DNA of 64,000 nt, taken from NCBI RefSeq assembly GCF_000315625.1, contig NW_005434659.1:218494-282493 (forward strand), read 5' to 3'. This DNA comes from Guillardia theta CCMP2712 (lineage: Eukaryota > Protista > Cryptophyta). Below, one piece after another: positions 48,637-64,000 of this stretch. Under the pieces are notes generated by a model that saw only the letters and a list, made by a program, of their open reading frames with translations, searched no databases and was not told the origin of the DNA. Positions within the stretch are counted from its first letter, which is position 1. The number at the start of each line of letters is the position of its first letter. A program made the position numbers and the translations under genes.

Positions 48637-51600
48637 ATGGAACATGAAGCGAACAATCAGCCCGGGAGCTCGATCAGAGTGAGAGGAGGAGGAGGAGGAG
48701 GGGGAGAGAAGAGCATGCAACATCAGGAGGAGGAGGAGAGAGGGAGGGGAGAGAAGAGCATGCAACATCAGGAGGAGGAGGAGAGAGGGAGGAGAGAGAG
48801 AAGAGCATGCAACATCAGGAGGGAGAGAGAGAGGGAGGGGAGAGAAAGAAGAGCATGCAACATCAGGAGGGAGAGAGAGAGGGAGGGGAGAGAGAGAAGA
48901 GCATGCAACATCAGGAGGGGGAGAGAGAGAGAGAGGGAGGGGAGAGAAAGAAGAGCATGCAACATCAGGAGGGGAGAGAGAGAGGGAGGGGAGAGAAAGA
49001 AGAGCATGCAACATCAGGAGGGGAGAGAATGGTGAGCAAGATATTGTTCTGAAGCACGGCCGCAGGAAATCATCGAAACACGCGTGGAGCATGTGTTAGA
49101 GATCGTAATCCCACAGCTCGAGATCAACGTTGACTTTGTGAGCTAATCAAAATGTTGGGAGGCGCTTATCCTGATGAGAGGCTGCCAGCAAAAGCTGAGG
49201 GAGAGGTTCCGCAAGAACACGAAGATGGAAGGTCAAGTGCGATCCATCTTCGACGACCTGATGACTGCGGTGAGCTTCAGACATGAAGAACAATCAGCGA
49301 CCTGACGGCTCAACCGCAAGATCAACACATGGCACGTGAAGGACAGCATCTTCAAGCACGCGACTGCGATATCGGAGGACCTGCCTCGTGACATCGAAGA
49401 CATCGGGAGGACAGCTCAGCGCCATGGGTAAGAGTTTCCTGCCCCCATCCTTTCAGCGCCTGACCGGGAAGCTCACAGGTATTTTAGTCGCTTCCAGACG
49501 GAAGAAGCCGAAAAGATTCGCATCCTTCAAGCTACTGTGAGCTGACCGCCCTTGTTTCCTCCCTTCTCAGTCTGCCCTCCCAGGTTGAGGATCTTGAAGG
49601 AGACCTGTAGCTCGTCTGCCCTCCCCGCCGCGCGTGACTGCTGGGTGCTGCAGGCAACGGCTGCGGGGATTGTACAAGGAAGACATGGAGCGAATGAGCG
49701 AGGAGCTCGCAAGCTTGAGGTGAGCTGGGGCAGCGCCGTTGCGATGGGAACCGACGAGTTGCAGGCTGGAGCTGGTGGACTCGGGCAAGCAACGGCTGGA
49801 GCTCCAGCAGCAGATTATTGTGCAGGTCGTTGCGCCTGCTGCCTGCTGAGGGCGTCTGAAGGAGGAGGATCGGGGTGTGCAGGAGCAGAGGACCAGTGAG
49901 GAGATAAATAGGCTGCAGCAGATTGTGGACAACGACACCATCGTGGTCACGTCATTGTCAAACGTAAGTGCGCCCGCTGCTTCCTCCTCCTCCTCCTCCT
50001 CTTCCTCCTCCTCCTCCTCCTCCTCCTCCTCTTTCTCCTCTCCTCCACCAACTCCTCCTGCTGTTCATTGCTTCCGGCTGGCAGGACCTGGAAATTATTA
50101 AGCTGGAGAAGGAGAAGCTTAGAATGGAAGTGAAGGACCTGGAGGTGAGGAAAGGCCGGAGATGGCGATAAGCAAGGAAGGGTCAGGAGGGAGGAGAAGA
50201 GAAAAAAAGGAACAGGGAAGCAAAGCAAGAGTCGAGGAGACGAACAGAGGGAGGAGAGGAAAGAAAAGTACAAGAGAAGGGAAAGAGGAGGAGGAGGAGG
50301 AGGAGGAGGAGATGAATGAGATGAACGCAGGCGCGTCTGGACAGCTGTGAGCTGACTATCACGAAGAAGGAAGCGAACATCAAGTGATTCATCTGCCCTC
50401 CCTGTTCCTCCTCCTACCCTCCTCCTGCCATCTTTCTTTCTTTATCCTTCCCCCCCTACAACGCCCTTCCTGCCTTCATTTCTTCATCCTTCCCCCTCCT
50501 CCTACCCTCCTCCTGCCTGACACTCCTTGAGGTCGTTGGAGTCCTACGTCGAGCGGGTCTGCTGCGAGGGGCGCGTGATGGAGGGCTAAGAGGATACTGG
50601 GCAGTTGACGAGTGACAAGGGAGGGATCAAGCAGGCGATGGTGGAGGCGGAGGGGAAGCTGAAGTCGAGCGAGAGGGTAAGAGGGATGTTGGAAAGTGCG
50701 AGGAAGATAGAGTTGGGTGCAGGCACAGGAGCAGCTCATGGAGCTCAACGAGAAGATCGCAGCGAAAGGTAGCACGTCATGGCATGCAGACATTTCCATC
50801 CCTTCCTTCTCTATCCTCTCCTCTCCTCTCCTCTCCTCTCCTCTCCTCTCCTCTCCTCTCCTCTCCTCTCCTCTCCTCTCCTCTCCTCTCCTCTCCTCTC
50901 CTCTCCNNNNNNNNNNNNNNNNNNNNNNNNNNNNNNNNNNNNNNNNNNNNNNNNNNNNNNNNNNNNNNNNNNNNNNNNNNNNNNNNNNNNNNNNNNNNNN
51001 NNNNNNNNNNNNNNNNNNNNNNNNNNNNNNNNNNNNNNNNNNNNNNNNNNNNNNNNNNNNNNNNNNNNNNNNNNNNNNNNNNNNNNNNNNNNNNNNNNNN
51101 NNNNNNNNNNNNNNNNNNNNNNNNNNNNNNNNNNNNNNNNNNNNNNNNNNNNNNNNNNNNNNNNNNNNNNNNNNNNNNNNNNNNNNNNNNNNNNNNNNNN
51201 NNNNNNNNNNNNNNNNNNNNNNNNNNNNNNNNNNNNNNNNNNNNNNNNNNNNNNNNNNNNNNNNNNNNNNNNNNNNNNNNNNNNNNNNNNNNNNNNNNNN
51301 NNNNNNNNNNNNNNNNNNNNNNNNNNNNNNNNNNNNNNNNNNNNNNNNNNNNNNNNNNNNNNNNNNNNNNNNNNNNNNNNNNNNNNNNNNNNNNNNNNNN
51401 NNNNNNNNNNNNNNNNNNNNNNNNNNNNNNNNNNNNNNNNNNNNNNNNNNNNNNNNNNNNNNNNNNNNNNNNNNNNNNNNNNNNNNNNNNNNNNNNNNNN
51501 NNNNNNNNNNNNNNNNNNNNNNNNNNNNNNNNNNNNNNNNNNNNNNNNNNNNNNNNNNNNNNNNNNNNNNNNNNNNNNNNNNNNNNNNNNNNNNNNNNNN

Positions 51601-51975
51601 NNNNNNNNNNNNNNNNNNNNNNNNNNNNNNNNNNNNNNNNNNNNNNNNNNNNNNNNNNNNNNNNNNNNNNNNNNNNNNNNNNNNNNNNNNNNNNNNNNNN
51701 NNNNNNNNNNNNNNNNNNNNNNNNNNNNNNNNNNNNNNNNNNNNNNNNNNNNNNNNNNNNNNNNNNNNNNNNNNNNCTCCTCTCCTCTCCTCTCCTCTCC
51801 TCTCATGCATGTTGGTCAGCAAAGAGGATCAACGCTTTGATGAAGACTCACCTGGAGCAGAAGGAGGTGATGAAATGCGATCTACCATCACCACCACCAC
51901 CACCTCCTCCTCCTCCTCCCTCCTCCTCCTTCTTAACGTCAGTTTCTTCTGCCGCCTCCTCTCCAGGTAAGGTGA
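48637..51975 (+). CDS. Coiled-coil hypothetical protein; many exons, spans an N gap
   Basis: In-frame splicing: MEHEANNQPGSSIR|EIIETRVEHVLEI|QKLRERFRKNTKMEGQVRSIFDDLMTA|INTWHVKDS...|EQRTSEEINRLQQIVD..|DLEIIKLEKEKLRMEVKDLE. Confidence 0.65.
48700..49030. repeat. Minisatellite: 7 copies of AAGAGCATGCAACATCAGGAGG with variable GA-rich spacers, in intron 1
   Basis: The core recurs every ~45-55 bp (near 48709, 48754, 48801, 48849, 48897, 48951, 49000). Confidence 0.9.
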
Positions 51976-52079
51976 TGCTTCCAGGCTGTTCGTCTTTCTG
52001 GGACTTTCCCGCTCCTCCTCCTCCTCCTTCTTGCTGCTTGCCGCCATAAGAGGATTCCACTGAGATATCTCACGAGCCT

Positions 52080-55786
<3,707 letters not shown>

Positions 55787-55999
55787 CGTCAGGCACTTAG
55801 CAACTCTAGACAGAGAGGAGGGAGCAAGGACTTGTTCTCTCCCCCATGTCAGCCCCTAGCCTACATCCACGTCGTTCCAGTCTGCATGTCCACCAGACGT
55901 AGTATATTTTCAGCCGTTACATTTGACCATGTCAATCAAAACCGTTACTTTTTTTACTTTCTTTCACATTTTAAAAAAGTTACTTACGTTTGACTTGTC

Positions 56000-56180
56000 A
56001 GTCTAGGAGTCGCGTGACTTAGCGGGGGCCCGGGGGCCCGGGGCCTCTTGTAGTCAGTCACTCTCAACGGATGTGGGCCGCGGACTGGCCGCGGGCAGTC
56101 TGTTTCCGATACGTGACTGTAGGGGACGGAGTCCGGAATTCGGGAAGCAGTGCTGAACTTGCAAACTTGAAAGTTGAGTC
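56000..56180. promoter_or_regulatory. CCGG-rich island in the divergent spacer 5' of DCAF13
   Basis: gggggcccgggggcccgggg, ccgcgg and gagtccgg, with an AACTT cluster at the edge and an AT-rich tract at 55900-55995. Confidence 0.5.
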
Positions 56181-56182
56181 AG

Positions 56183-56402
56183 GGGCTGAATGAGGGCGCG
56201 GCCGCAGTGAATAGATCATTGAGGGCAGATTGAGGCTGACTCAGCTGAATGAGGGCTGAATGAGGGCCGCAGTGAATGGCCATTGAGGGCAGATTGAGGC
56301 TGACTCAGCTGAATGAGGGCTGAATGAGGGCCCGGGCTGAAAAATGATCAGGGGCTGTATGAGCTGCTGTATGAGGGGCTGTATGAGGGGCTGTATGAGG
56401 GG
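56183..56402. repeat. Hierarchical tandem repeat: ~65-bp unit x2 built from GCTGAATGAGG, then (CTGTATGAGGGG)n
   Basis: Units start at 56201 and 56266; 12-bp units at 56355-56402. Confidence 0.85.
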
Positions 56403-56621
56403 TTCAAGTTCACGTGCCATCATGGCCCAAATCAGCGCTGCAGTTGCCGCCTAGCCCAACTGCTCGTGCTCCTCGTGCTCCTTGCTCAGAGCTCTTCTCC
56501 TCTTCTTCTACTTACCATCCTCCTCTAGCGCGTCTCCCATCCCCGCATCCTCCCTGCTTCAGCTTCAGCAGAACCAACCTCCCCCGCCACAGTACCCTCA
56601 AGGCAACGAGAGCTGCGGGAA

Positions 56622-58260
56622 ATGAAGGTGAAGGTCATTTCGCGGAATGAATCGGATTACACCAGAGAGCGCAAGTCGGACATTGTGAAAGTCTTCCACA
56701 ACCCAGGTTGCTCCTTGTTTGATTGCTCCTCCCTCCTCTTCCTCGTCCTCCCTCCTCCCTCCCTCCTGCCTTACTTGGCGTGCAGATCCGGCGTTGCATC
56801 CATTTGAACGAGCAAGAGAGTACAAGCGAGCGTTGAACGCTGTCAAGTTGGATAAAGTCTTCGCCAAGCCCTTTGCTCGATCCTTGTCGGGCCATCGAGA
56901 TGCCATCTCGTGCTTTGCGAGGAGCAAGCAACGGTTGGTCGATGTGGCGTCAGGAAGGTCAGGGAGCAAGACGGTTGCTTCGCATGCGCTTGACATTCAT
57001 GGCAGTTGCGACGGAGAGCTGAGGCTCTGGGACCTCTCGACCGGCAACTCTCGATGGAGCACGATCGCGCACACGGGCTTCGTGCGGGGAGTGACCTTCT
57101 CGCGGGACGGGGAGAACCTCTGGAGTTGCGGGGACGACAAGCTGGTGAAGATGTGGGGGAGAGACTATGAGTCAGAGGTGGGGGAGGAAAGGGCAGTCGA
57201 GCCTGAGCTCACCCTCATGGGCCAACACGCGTTCCTGGGCATCGACCATCACTGGAAGGAGTCGTTGATCGCCACGTGCGGGGTAGACGTTCATATCTGG
57301 GACCCCCAGCGATCAGAACCGCTCCACACGCTCTCATGGGGCAGCGAGAGCGTCGTGTCTGTTCGGTTCAATCCGGTCGAGCACAACGTGTTGGCATCGA
57401 CGGCATCAGGTGATGAAGGGGAGGGTGCAGTGATGAAAGAGGGAAGGGACATGTTGTTTGATGCAAGGATGGTTGGTTGGTTGGTTGATGTTCTGTTTGC
57501 TATTGCTCTTTCTAACACTTACCTGCATTCGAACTTGCGACTTGTACTTGTACTTGTAACTTGATTCATCTTTCTCTATGTTTTCATTGCCGTCCTCGGC
57601 CCGTCCCCGTCCTCATTCCCGTCCCCGTCCTCATCCCCGTCCTCTTCATCCTCGTCCCCGCTGCCACTCATCCTTCTTCCTCACAGACAGGAGCATCATC
57701 CTCTACGACATCAGGACCGCGACCTCGCTCAGAAAGCTGGTGCTCAACAAGAGGAGCAACCGACTCTGCTGGAACCCTATGGAAGCTTTCAACTTCGTGG
57801 TTGCCAATGAGGATCACAACCTCTATACCTTCGACATGCGCAAGTGAGATGCCTCTTCCTCCTCCCCCTCCGCCATCTCATCCTCCGTCTCCTCCTCCTC
57901 TTTCACCACGTTTTCCTCCTTCTCCTCCTCCTCTTCATGCTCCCTGTCCCTGTCCCTCTCCCTCTCCCTCTCCCTCTCCCTGTCCCTCTCCCTCTAAGTC
58001 TAACTCCTTTCCCACAGGTTCGACTCTGCTCTGTGTGTGCACAAGGACCATGTGTCTGCTGTCCTCGACGTTGACTTCGCCCCAACGGTATGGGAGGGTT
58101 GATGACGTCATCGTCGCTGGTTTGACTCGCGAGGGACAGGGACGGGAGTTCGTCTCCGGCAGTTACGATCGAACTGTTCGCATCTTCAAGTATAATGCCG
58201 GGAGAAGTCGTGAGGTTGCCTCCTCGCCCTGCTGCTGCTGCTCCTCCTCCTCCTGCTCTG

Positions 58261-58320
<60 letters not shown>

Positions 58321-59132
58321 TGCTCCACTATCTCCTTGCTCGGACTTTTCTCCTCTGTTCTTCCTTCTTACCCTCCATCCCCCTCCCTCTGCAATTTTCC
58401 GTCTCTTTGACATCTCCTTCCTTGCAGGTCTACCACGGCAAGCGGATGCAGCGAATCTGGTCGGTTCTCTTCTCAGGAGACGCCAAGTGGGTCCTTTCAG
58501 CGTCTGACGACTTCAACATTCGCTTGTGGAAGGCAAACGCAAGGTGAGGACGAAGAGGAAGGAAGATTGAGAGCAAGCAGTCAAGAGAGGACAGCAAGAA
58601 GAATACAAGAGGAGATTGCTGGGCTCTTGTGGCAGAGCGGAGGAGGAGGAGGAGGAGGAGGAGGAGGAGGAGGAGATGCATCGGGCTGGTCCTGACATGT
58701 CCGGCAGTGAGAGCGTGAAGCCGCTGCTTCCAAGAGAGCAAAGGAAGTTGGAATATCTCGACAAGCTCAAGGACAGATTCAAGGAGGTAAGTCCTCTCCT
58801 GCTTCCTCCCTACTCCTCCCCTCTGGTTTCTCCGTCGTCGTTCCTCCTCGTTCCTCCTCCCTCCCTCCTCTCCCCCCTCCTTCCTCTCACCTCCCTGCAG
58901 ACCGCGGACGTCAAGCGCATATCCCGCCATCGTCACCTCCCCAAGGCGATCCTCAAGGTCTGGAGGCTGCGGGAGCTGCTGGGGATGACGAGGATGGCAG
59001 GCTACGAAGCTCAAGGGCATCATCAAGGACTCGAAGAAGAGGAAGGAGAACAACGTCAGGAAGCATTCCAAGCCAGGAGCCGTCCCCTACGTGGCGGAGA
59101 GGAAGAAGGAGATTGTCAAGGAGTTAGAGTGA
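56622..59132 (+). CDS. DCAF13: DCAF13/Sof1 WD40 U3 snoRNP protein (18S rRNA processing)
   Basis: MKVKVISR..DPALHPFERAREYKRALNAVKLDKVFAKPF; WNPMEAFNFVVANEDHNLYTFDMRK; YHGKRMQR; VKRISRHRHLPK; RKHSKPGAVP. Confidence 0.97.
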
Positions 59133-59436
59133 TCGCCCATCTCCCCCCTCCCTCCCCTCCTCCCTCCATTCTCTTCCTCTCAGTCCCTCCCTCCTCCTTC
59201 TTGTCCCTCCTCCCAACTTTTAAGTTCGCTCTTCTTGGCCTGTAGACCAGTGATCCGTTCCCTGAATACACCTCTCTTGTAATCGTCATATAACCAGGAG
59301 TGAGCAAGGGAAAGCGGGGTACAGCAAGTGAAGTACAACAGTGGCACAAATGCCAAGAGCGAGAGGAGAACGAGTACGAGTACGGGAGGAGGAGGAGGAG
59401 GAGGAGGAGGAGGAGGAGGAGGAGGAGGAGGAGGCA

Positions 59437-60862
59437 TCAGTTCCAAGGCTCTGCATCCTCCCCTACCACGGGATCGCTCGGCTTCTCCTGATCGTAAGAG
59501 AGCAGCTGACGAACGTTGCGCTCGATGCAGTCCACGTAGTCCTCGAGCGGGAGGATGGAGAACGGCTCCTCGATCTGCACGCCGAGCTCCTCGATCCCGA
59601 AGAAGAACACTCCCACAAGGGAGCAGACGGGGACCATAAGGAAGCTGTCTCCGAGCTCCTTCACCAGCGCAAACGGAAGCAGCAAGATCCACAGGGCGAG
59701 GAAGCGACCAGTGTGACGGGTGTACACCAGCGGAACCTGCGACGAAGTGAACAACACCGATGAAATACACCACCATGTTCCTCCTCCTCCTCGACATCCC
59801 ATCAACTTCTCCCCTCCCCCCCCCCGCCTTCCTCTCTTCACTTCCCCTCCTCCTCCTCACCTCTCCCCTTCCCCTTCCTTCCCTCCCTCCTCCCTCCTCC
59901 TCTCATACCGGCATCTTCTGCAGCCTGTCACATGCTACCCATGCGCTGGTGAGCTCGTCCAGGTGGAGGTCAAATCTTGCCTTGGTACTCCCATCAATCT
60001 CCTGCGATCGCCGAACGATCCTCGTGATGTCTGCCAGCGCCTGCACCGGCCGCACCGATGAGCTCATGATCCTCTCGCTCTCCTTCCTCCCCAGCAGCTG
60101 CGTCAGCTTTGACTTCAGCTTCTGCTCCTCATCAGGATCGTGGCGGAAGTGATCCTTCAGGACGTGGGACAGAGCGACAACCCTCCGCGCATGCTCCTCC
60201 CTGTACTCCTTCTCCAGGTACGACATGCCCTGCCTCGCGATGTTGCTGCACAGATGCTCTATCCTCATCCAGTTGCATCTTGCCTCGTTCCACCTCGCGT
60301 AGACCGTGTTGGTCCGGAAGACGAGGAGGAGGGCGAGGGCAGGAGAGGAGAGCTGGAACGGCAGCGTCGGCAGGGCGAGCATGAAGGTTCCGTCCCGGGG
60401 GACGTCGGGAATGAGCCCGTTTAGGATGGCAGCGTTAGTGAAGTAGGCGAGCAGGGCAGTCAAAGTCACGACCCCCACCTCCACCCAGAGGCCTCGGATG
60501 ATGCCGGAGGTGAACATGGTGGAGAGGTTGCTGAACAAGCGCTCGGTCGATCGGAAGGTGAGCCAGTCGTCGCTAGTGAAGATCGTCCTCCTGTACAGCC
60601 GGCTCGCCTCCTTGTAGTTGTCCGACTCGTTGATGAAGCCCAAGGACAGCAGGTCTGCTGAGCTTTCTGTCTCCACTGGGCTGGTCTTGGTCGAGTACTT
60701 GAGCTTGCAGAGCCAACGGGACGGCGCCGCCCGACATCCGCTGGTCGACGATCTGCCAGCAGGTCGCATGCCTCCCCCCCATCGCCCTCCACCCACGGCG
60801 AACTTGAAGCAAGACCCATCTGTGGCGAGCAGCAGGAGGAGGCAAAAGAATAATTTCGACAT
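59437..60862 (-). CDS. Bestrophin-like (UPF0187; BST/VCCN-type) anion channel with a bipartite plastid-targeting leader; 2 exons
   Basis: YKEASRLYRRTIF..W..RS..R; ALALLLVFRTNTVYARWNEAR; CDRLQKMP|VPLVYTRHTGRFL; GIEELGVQIEEPFSILPL. Leader MSKLFFCLLLLLATDGSC-F followed by an S/R/G-rich transit peptide. Confidence 0.92.
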
Positions 60863-61509
60863 TTCCGTACGAGACGACGATCACTTGGTGAGAGCAAGGC
60901 TCTGAACCGTCTGCCAACCCTGCCACAGAACTTCGAGACTGATCGCAAGGAGAAAACTTATCGACAAAGCCAGCAGGCCACCAAACCCTTCGACCTGTAT
61001 TCATCATATCAGTGAAGCTGTTGGAACATGAAGTGGCTCGCTCGAGTGCGAAAGAGCATGCCTTTCCTACTTGGGGGTTGTCTACTTGTGTTTCAAACCA
61101 GCCCCAACCCTTCTCCTCCTCCTTCATTTCCTCTCTCCCTCCCTCTCTCCCGTCCTGCCTTCAACCCTTCCTCCTGATTCTCCCAGGCTCAATGCATCAA
61201 CCGTTTCGTTCTCTGTCGCTCTCCCGTCTTTTCACCCAACGATACAAGCAGGAATTAACAGGGGATCAGATTAACTTCCATCCCTCTCTTCCCTCTCCTC
61301 TCCCCTCCTCCCTCCCCTCCCCTCCCCTTGATCCTCTCCTTCTACTCCCTCCCCTCCCCTTGATCCTCTCCTTCTACTCCCTCTCCTCCCCTTCACCCTC
61401 TCATTCTACTCTCTCTCCCCACGCCTCGAAGCGACAAAGCCATGTCCTACGACAGCCGCCATGTCACATATAAAGGTGACCCTCATCCCCTTCTGATCCT
61501 TCAGTATCT

Positions 61510-61812
61510 CCCGGACCACATGCCGGACCCGACTGAGGGACAGTACCGGGTCCCGGTGGTGCCTGGCGGAGCCTGTCACTGAAGCTCCGACAGCCTCCCC
61601 GCACACTCGGACTCCGACATTCAAGAGCAGGCCCGGCTGCCCGCACTGGCGGCAAGGACTCCGGGATCAGGGAGTCCGTGGCGCCGACCGCGGGCCGCGC
61701 CCGGCCGCGGGCCCCGGGTGCCCGGTCAGTGAGGCGGGCCTCGTCTAGTACTCTGCCTGGTCTCGCGCGCCGGACTCCCGAATGCCACTCGGAGGCTCCG
61801 CGACTTCCGAAG
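61510..61812. promoter_or_regulatory. CCGG/ACTC-rich island in a divergent spacer
   Basis: Dense ccgg, ggactcc and gggccgcg words, followed by AT-rich 61815-61870. Confidence 0.5.
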
Positions 61813-61939
61813 ACAGTTTTAAAAATTCAAATTTTTGGTGGGAATGAATTGAATCTCACCCTTTATATTTCGAGTGACCCCCTCTAAATTGGAGGTGACT
61901 GAAATCTCAGGGTCTCCGACCGATTTTGTCGTTGCGCCA

Positions 61940-63155
61940 ATGGAGGGCCCGAGGCTTCGAGCGAGGGATACGAACCGTCCCGCCCCGCCCATGCACAAGA
62001 GACTTGAGAGTCTCCTGATGGAGGAACAAGCGTCAAGGCCTCAAGTCCGTGATGACCTCGTGGTTCTGGCTGCTTCTCCTGAGCAAGCAAGCCGCACGGT
62101 TGCTCGCAATCGTTCACCCATCGCTGGTAGCACGCCAGAGGATATGAGGAGAAGAACGAAGAAGCCACAGACGGCTGCAGCAGTGCAGGAGAATATTTTT
62201 TCGAAGTTTCATGACCCCAGCATGAACATTGAAAGTCTCAGAACCAGGGAGCCTGCATTCTGCATTGGGGCCCCTCGCTTGAAGCCCATGGATTTCGAAG
62301 GAACTGTCCCATCATTACTAAGTGAACCACAGGACTCCAACGACCCAGCCACATGCGATGCATCCTTGATAGAATATTTAGATCAGGTTCTGAGCATGGA
62401 TTCGGCATACTTCAACGACGAGAGCGCATACGGTAGCTTGTTCCAGAACATTTCATTGAATGAGTTTGAAAGCGGCCTGAGCAAACCGCAAGGGCTTGAA
62501 TCGGGTTGCGCGCAGTATCCGATAGATTGGAGAATGACAGTTCTTTGGCTGTCGTACCTGGCGATCTGGAGCTCTCAAGAGGATCTTGAAAGCATCTTGA
62601 CGACGATGCTAGGGGCTTCACGAGAATACTCTCCATCTGAAGCACAACTCGAAACTCTGACCAACGAGATGTACGTCTACATGATGCGCCACGATGCAGA
62701 TCCTTCGTCGTCGATTTCTCGTCTGCAAGATTTCAGGCGGCTGCCGTTGGATGACAGACTTGGTGCTCTACATGATTTACTTGTGCGATTGCTGACCTTG
62801 AAGGTTGAAACGATCTCGAGTGAGCAGATGAGTTTTTCCTAGTTTGTCATTGATGTTTTGACAGGTCAATCACAGTCAGACGTCAATCAAGTTGAGATGT
62901 ATGCGTTGTCTCTCTTGCTGTGCATGAGCTGAAGTGAGCTTTTCAGAGATGTAGCATTGCCCGCCGACTTTGCCGGAGTGAAAATCTCACTGCGGTTGCA
63001 ACTGCAAGCGCGTTTTGGAATCTTCACCACGACGGGATTCTATCGGTAACGATTGACCTGCTAGCTCCAGTGCTGTCCTTGCTTGACACGAGGTTTCCGC
63101 CAGTGATCTTCAAGTCCTTCAGTCAGCAGCTGTTAGGCTGATAGCTCGAGACTGA
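61940..63155 (+). CDS. Hypothetical protein; one long first exon plus small 3' exons
   Basis: ~290-codon open frame from the ATG at 61940, spliceable to ...DLQVLQSAAVRLIARD*. Confidence 0.6.
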
Positions 63156-63300
63156 AGTCATGGATGAAACCATTAGGAGTTATTGACGAGCTTCCTGACC
63201 CTCTACCTTAACATAGTTTGTACAACAAGAGTGAAAGAGCAGAATGGCTAGAAAGTCATCCTCAGGTGCCCGTGTGACCAGGTTTCCTCCCCGTCGGAGT

Positions 63301-64000
63301 TCAGCGGAGTCGAAATCCCCTGGTTGAGTGCAGTGAGAAACGATCGCCGACGCGACTCAGTGCTACCTCTGGGAATTCATCAGCAAGCTCCTCTTCAAGC
63401 CTCTGGTCTATCTCCTTGTACTCTTCCATCAAGCGGAGAGCTCCTTCCCTCTCCTTCCTAGGGTGACGAGTGAGGAAAGAAAGGGCAAGGGAAGAGGGGG
63501 ATAAGGAAAGGAGGAACGAGACGTACTGAATCTCGTCCTGTGCCATCTCCACGGACTGCGCGACACTTGAGTTCCATTGCCTGTTGAAAAATGTATGAGC
63601 AAGTGAGGAGTGAGAAAGGAGTGAGTGAGGCTTACGAGCTGCCTTCCTGTATACCCTTAGCTCTCAACTCATCGATGATTCTAGCCTCCTTTTCTTCTTG
63701 GGCTGCCTGTGACCCAGAGTTTCATCAGTTAAAAGTTCCATGTTCCCTCTAAGCTGACCTCAGCAAAAATTTCGCTGGCATTGAGTTTGTCCAACTTCAC
63801 CGTCCCATTCCGAACCATCTCCTGTGCCTCTCTGAAGGTAGCGTTAGCCTCTCTGTCACTGACCGGTCAGGCATAAGCTCACTCCCAGCTCCGTTGGAAT
63901 CGAGCCGCACCCGCATGGTCCCGGTCGACAAACTTATTCACGTCTACAGGCTCATCTTCTTTCATGACGCGATCCCACCAGAGTCGAGCAATCTGAACCA
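63301..64000 (-). CDS. 3' part of a NudC/CS-domain-like protein (partial)
   Basis: LWWDRVMKEDEPVDVNK resembles the WW motif that ends NudC-family CS domains, followed by FQRSWEEANATFRE and coiled-coil exons. Confidence 0.45.

Noticed and set aside
48700-49030. CRISPR-like repeat-spacer array
   Set aside because: Spacers are homologous GA-rich tracts, there are no cas genes, and the context is a eukaryotic intron.

Overview
Gene-dense, GC-rich eukaryotic nuclear DNA with many short, mostly GT-AG introns, microsatellite-filled introns and several N gaps. The style and a plastid-targeted protein with a bipartite leader suggest a cryptophyte alga of the Guillardia/Hanusia type (inference). All gene models were spliced by hand and no database search was run. 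Recognisable genes: 3' end of a UBL3/MUB-like CaaX protein, a TPR + GT41 (OGT-like) glycosyltransferase, an ARM-repeat protein, THADA/Trm732, a C1orf109-like protein, SmG, a four-CBS (AMPK-gamma-like) protein, an NTF2-like + coiled-coil protein, DCAF13/Sof1, a plastid bestrophin-like channel, a NudC-like fragment and several coiled-coil or orphan genes. Main findings: (1) a large fusion protein whose micro-exons encode a B-box zinc finger, followed by a bubblegum-type acyl-CoA synthetase with degenerate catalytic motifs, a second copy of its C-terminal subdomain, an SEA-like domain and an unknown beta-rich domain; (2) two recurring classes of non-coding blocks 5' of genes, CCGG/TGAG-rich islands and GGGGTA/TACCCC blocks, often with 11-12 bp minisatellites; (3) a likely GA-AG intron and a GC-AG intron in the OGT-like gene; (4) a spliced 58-aa microprotein gene missed by the ORF track. 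No rRNA, tRNA, CRISPR array or recognisable transposon was found.
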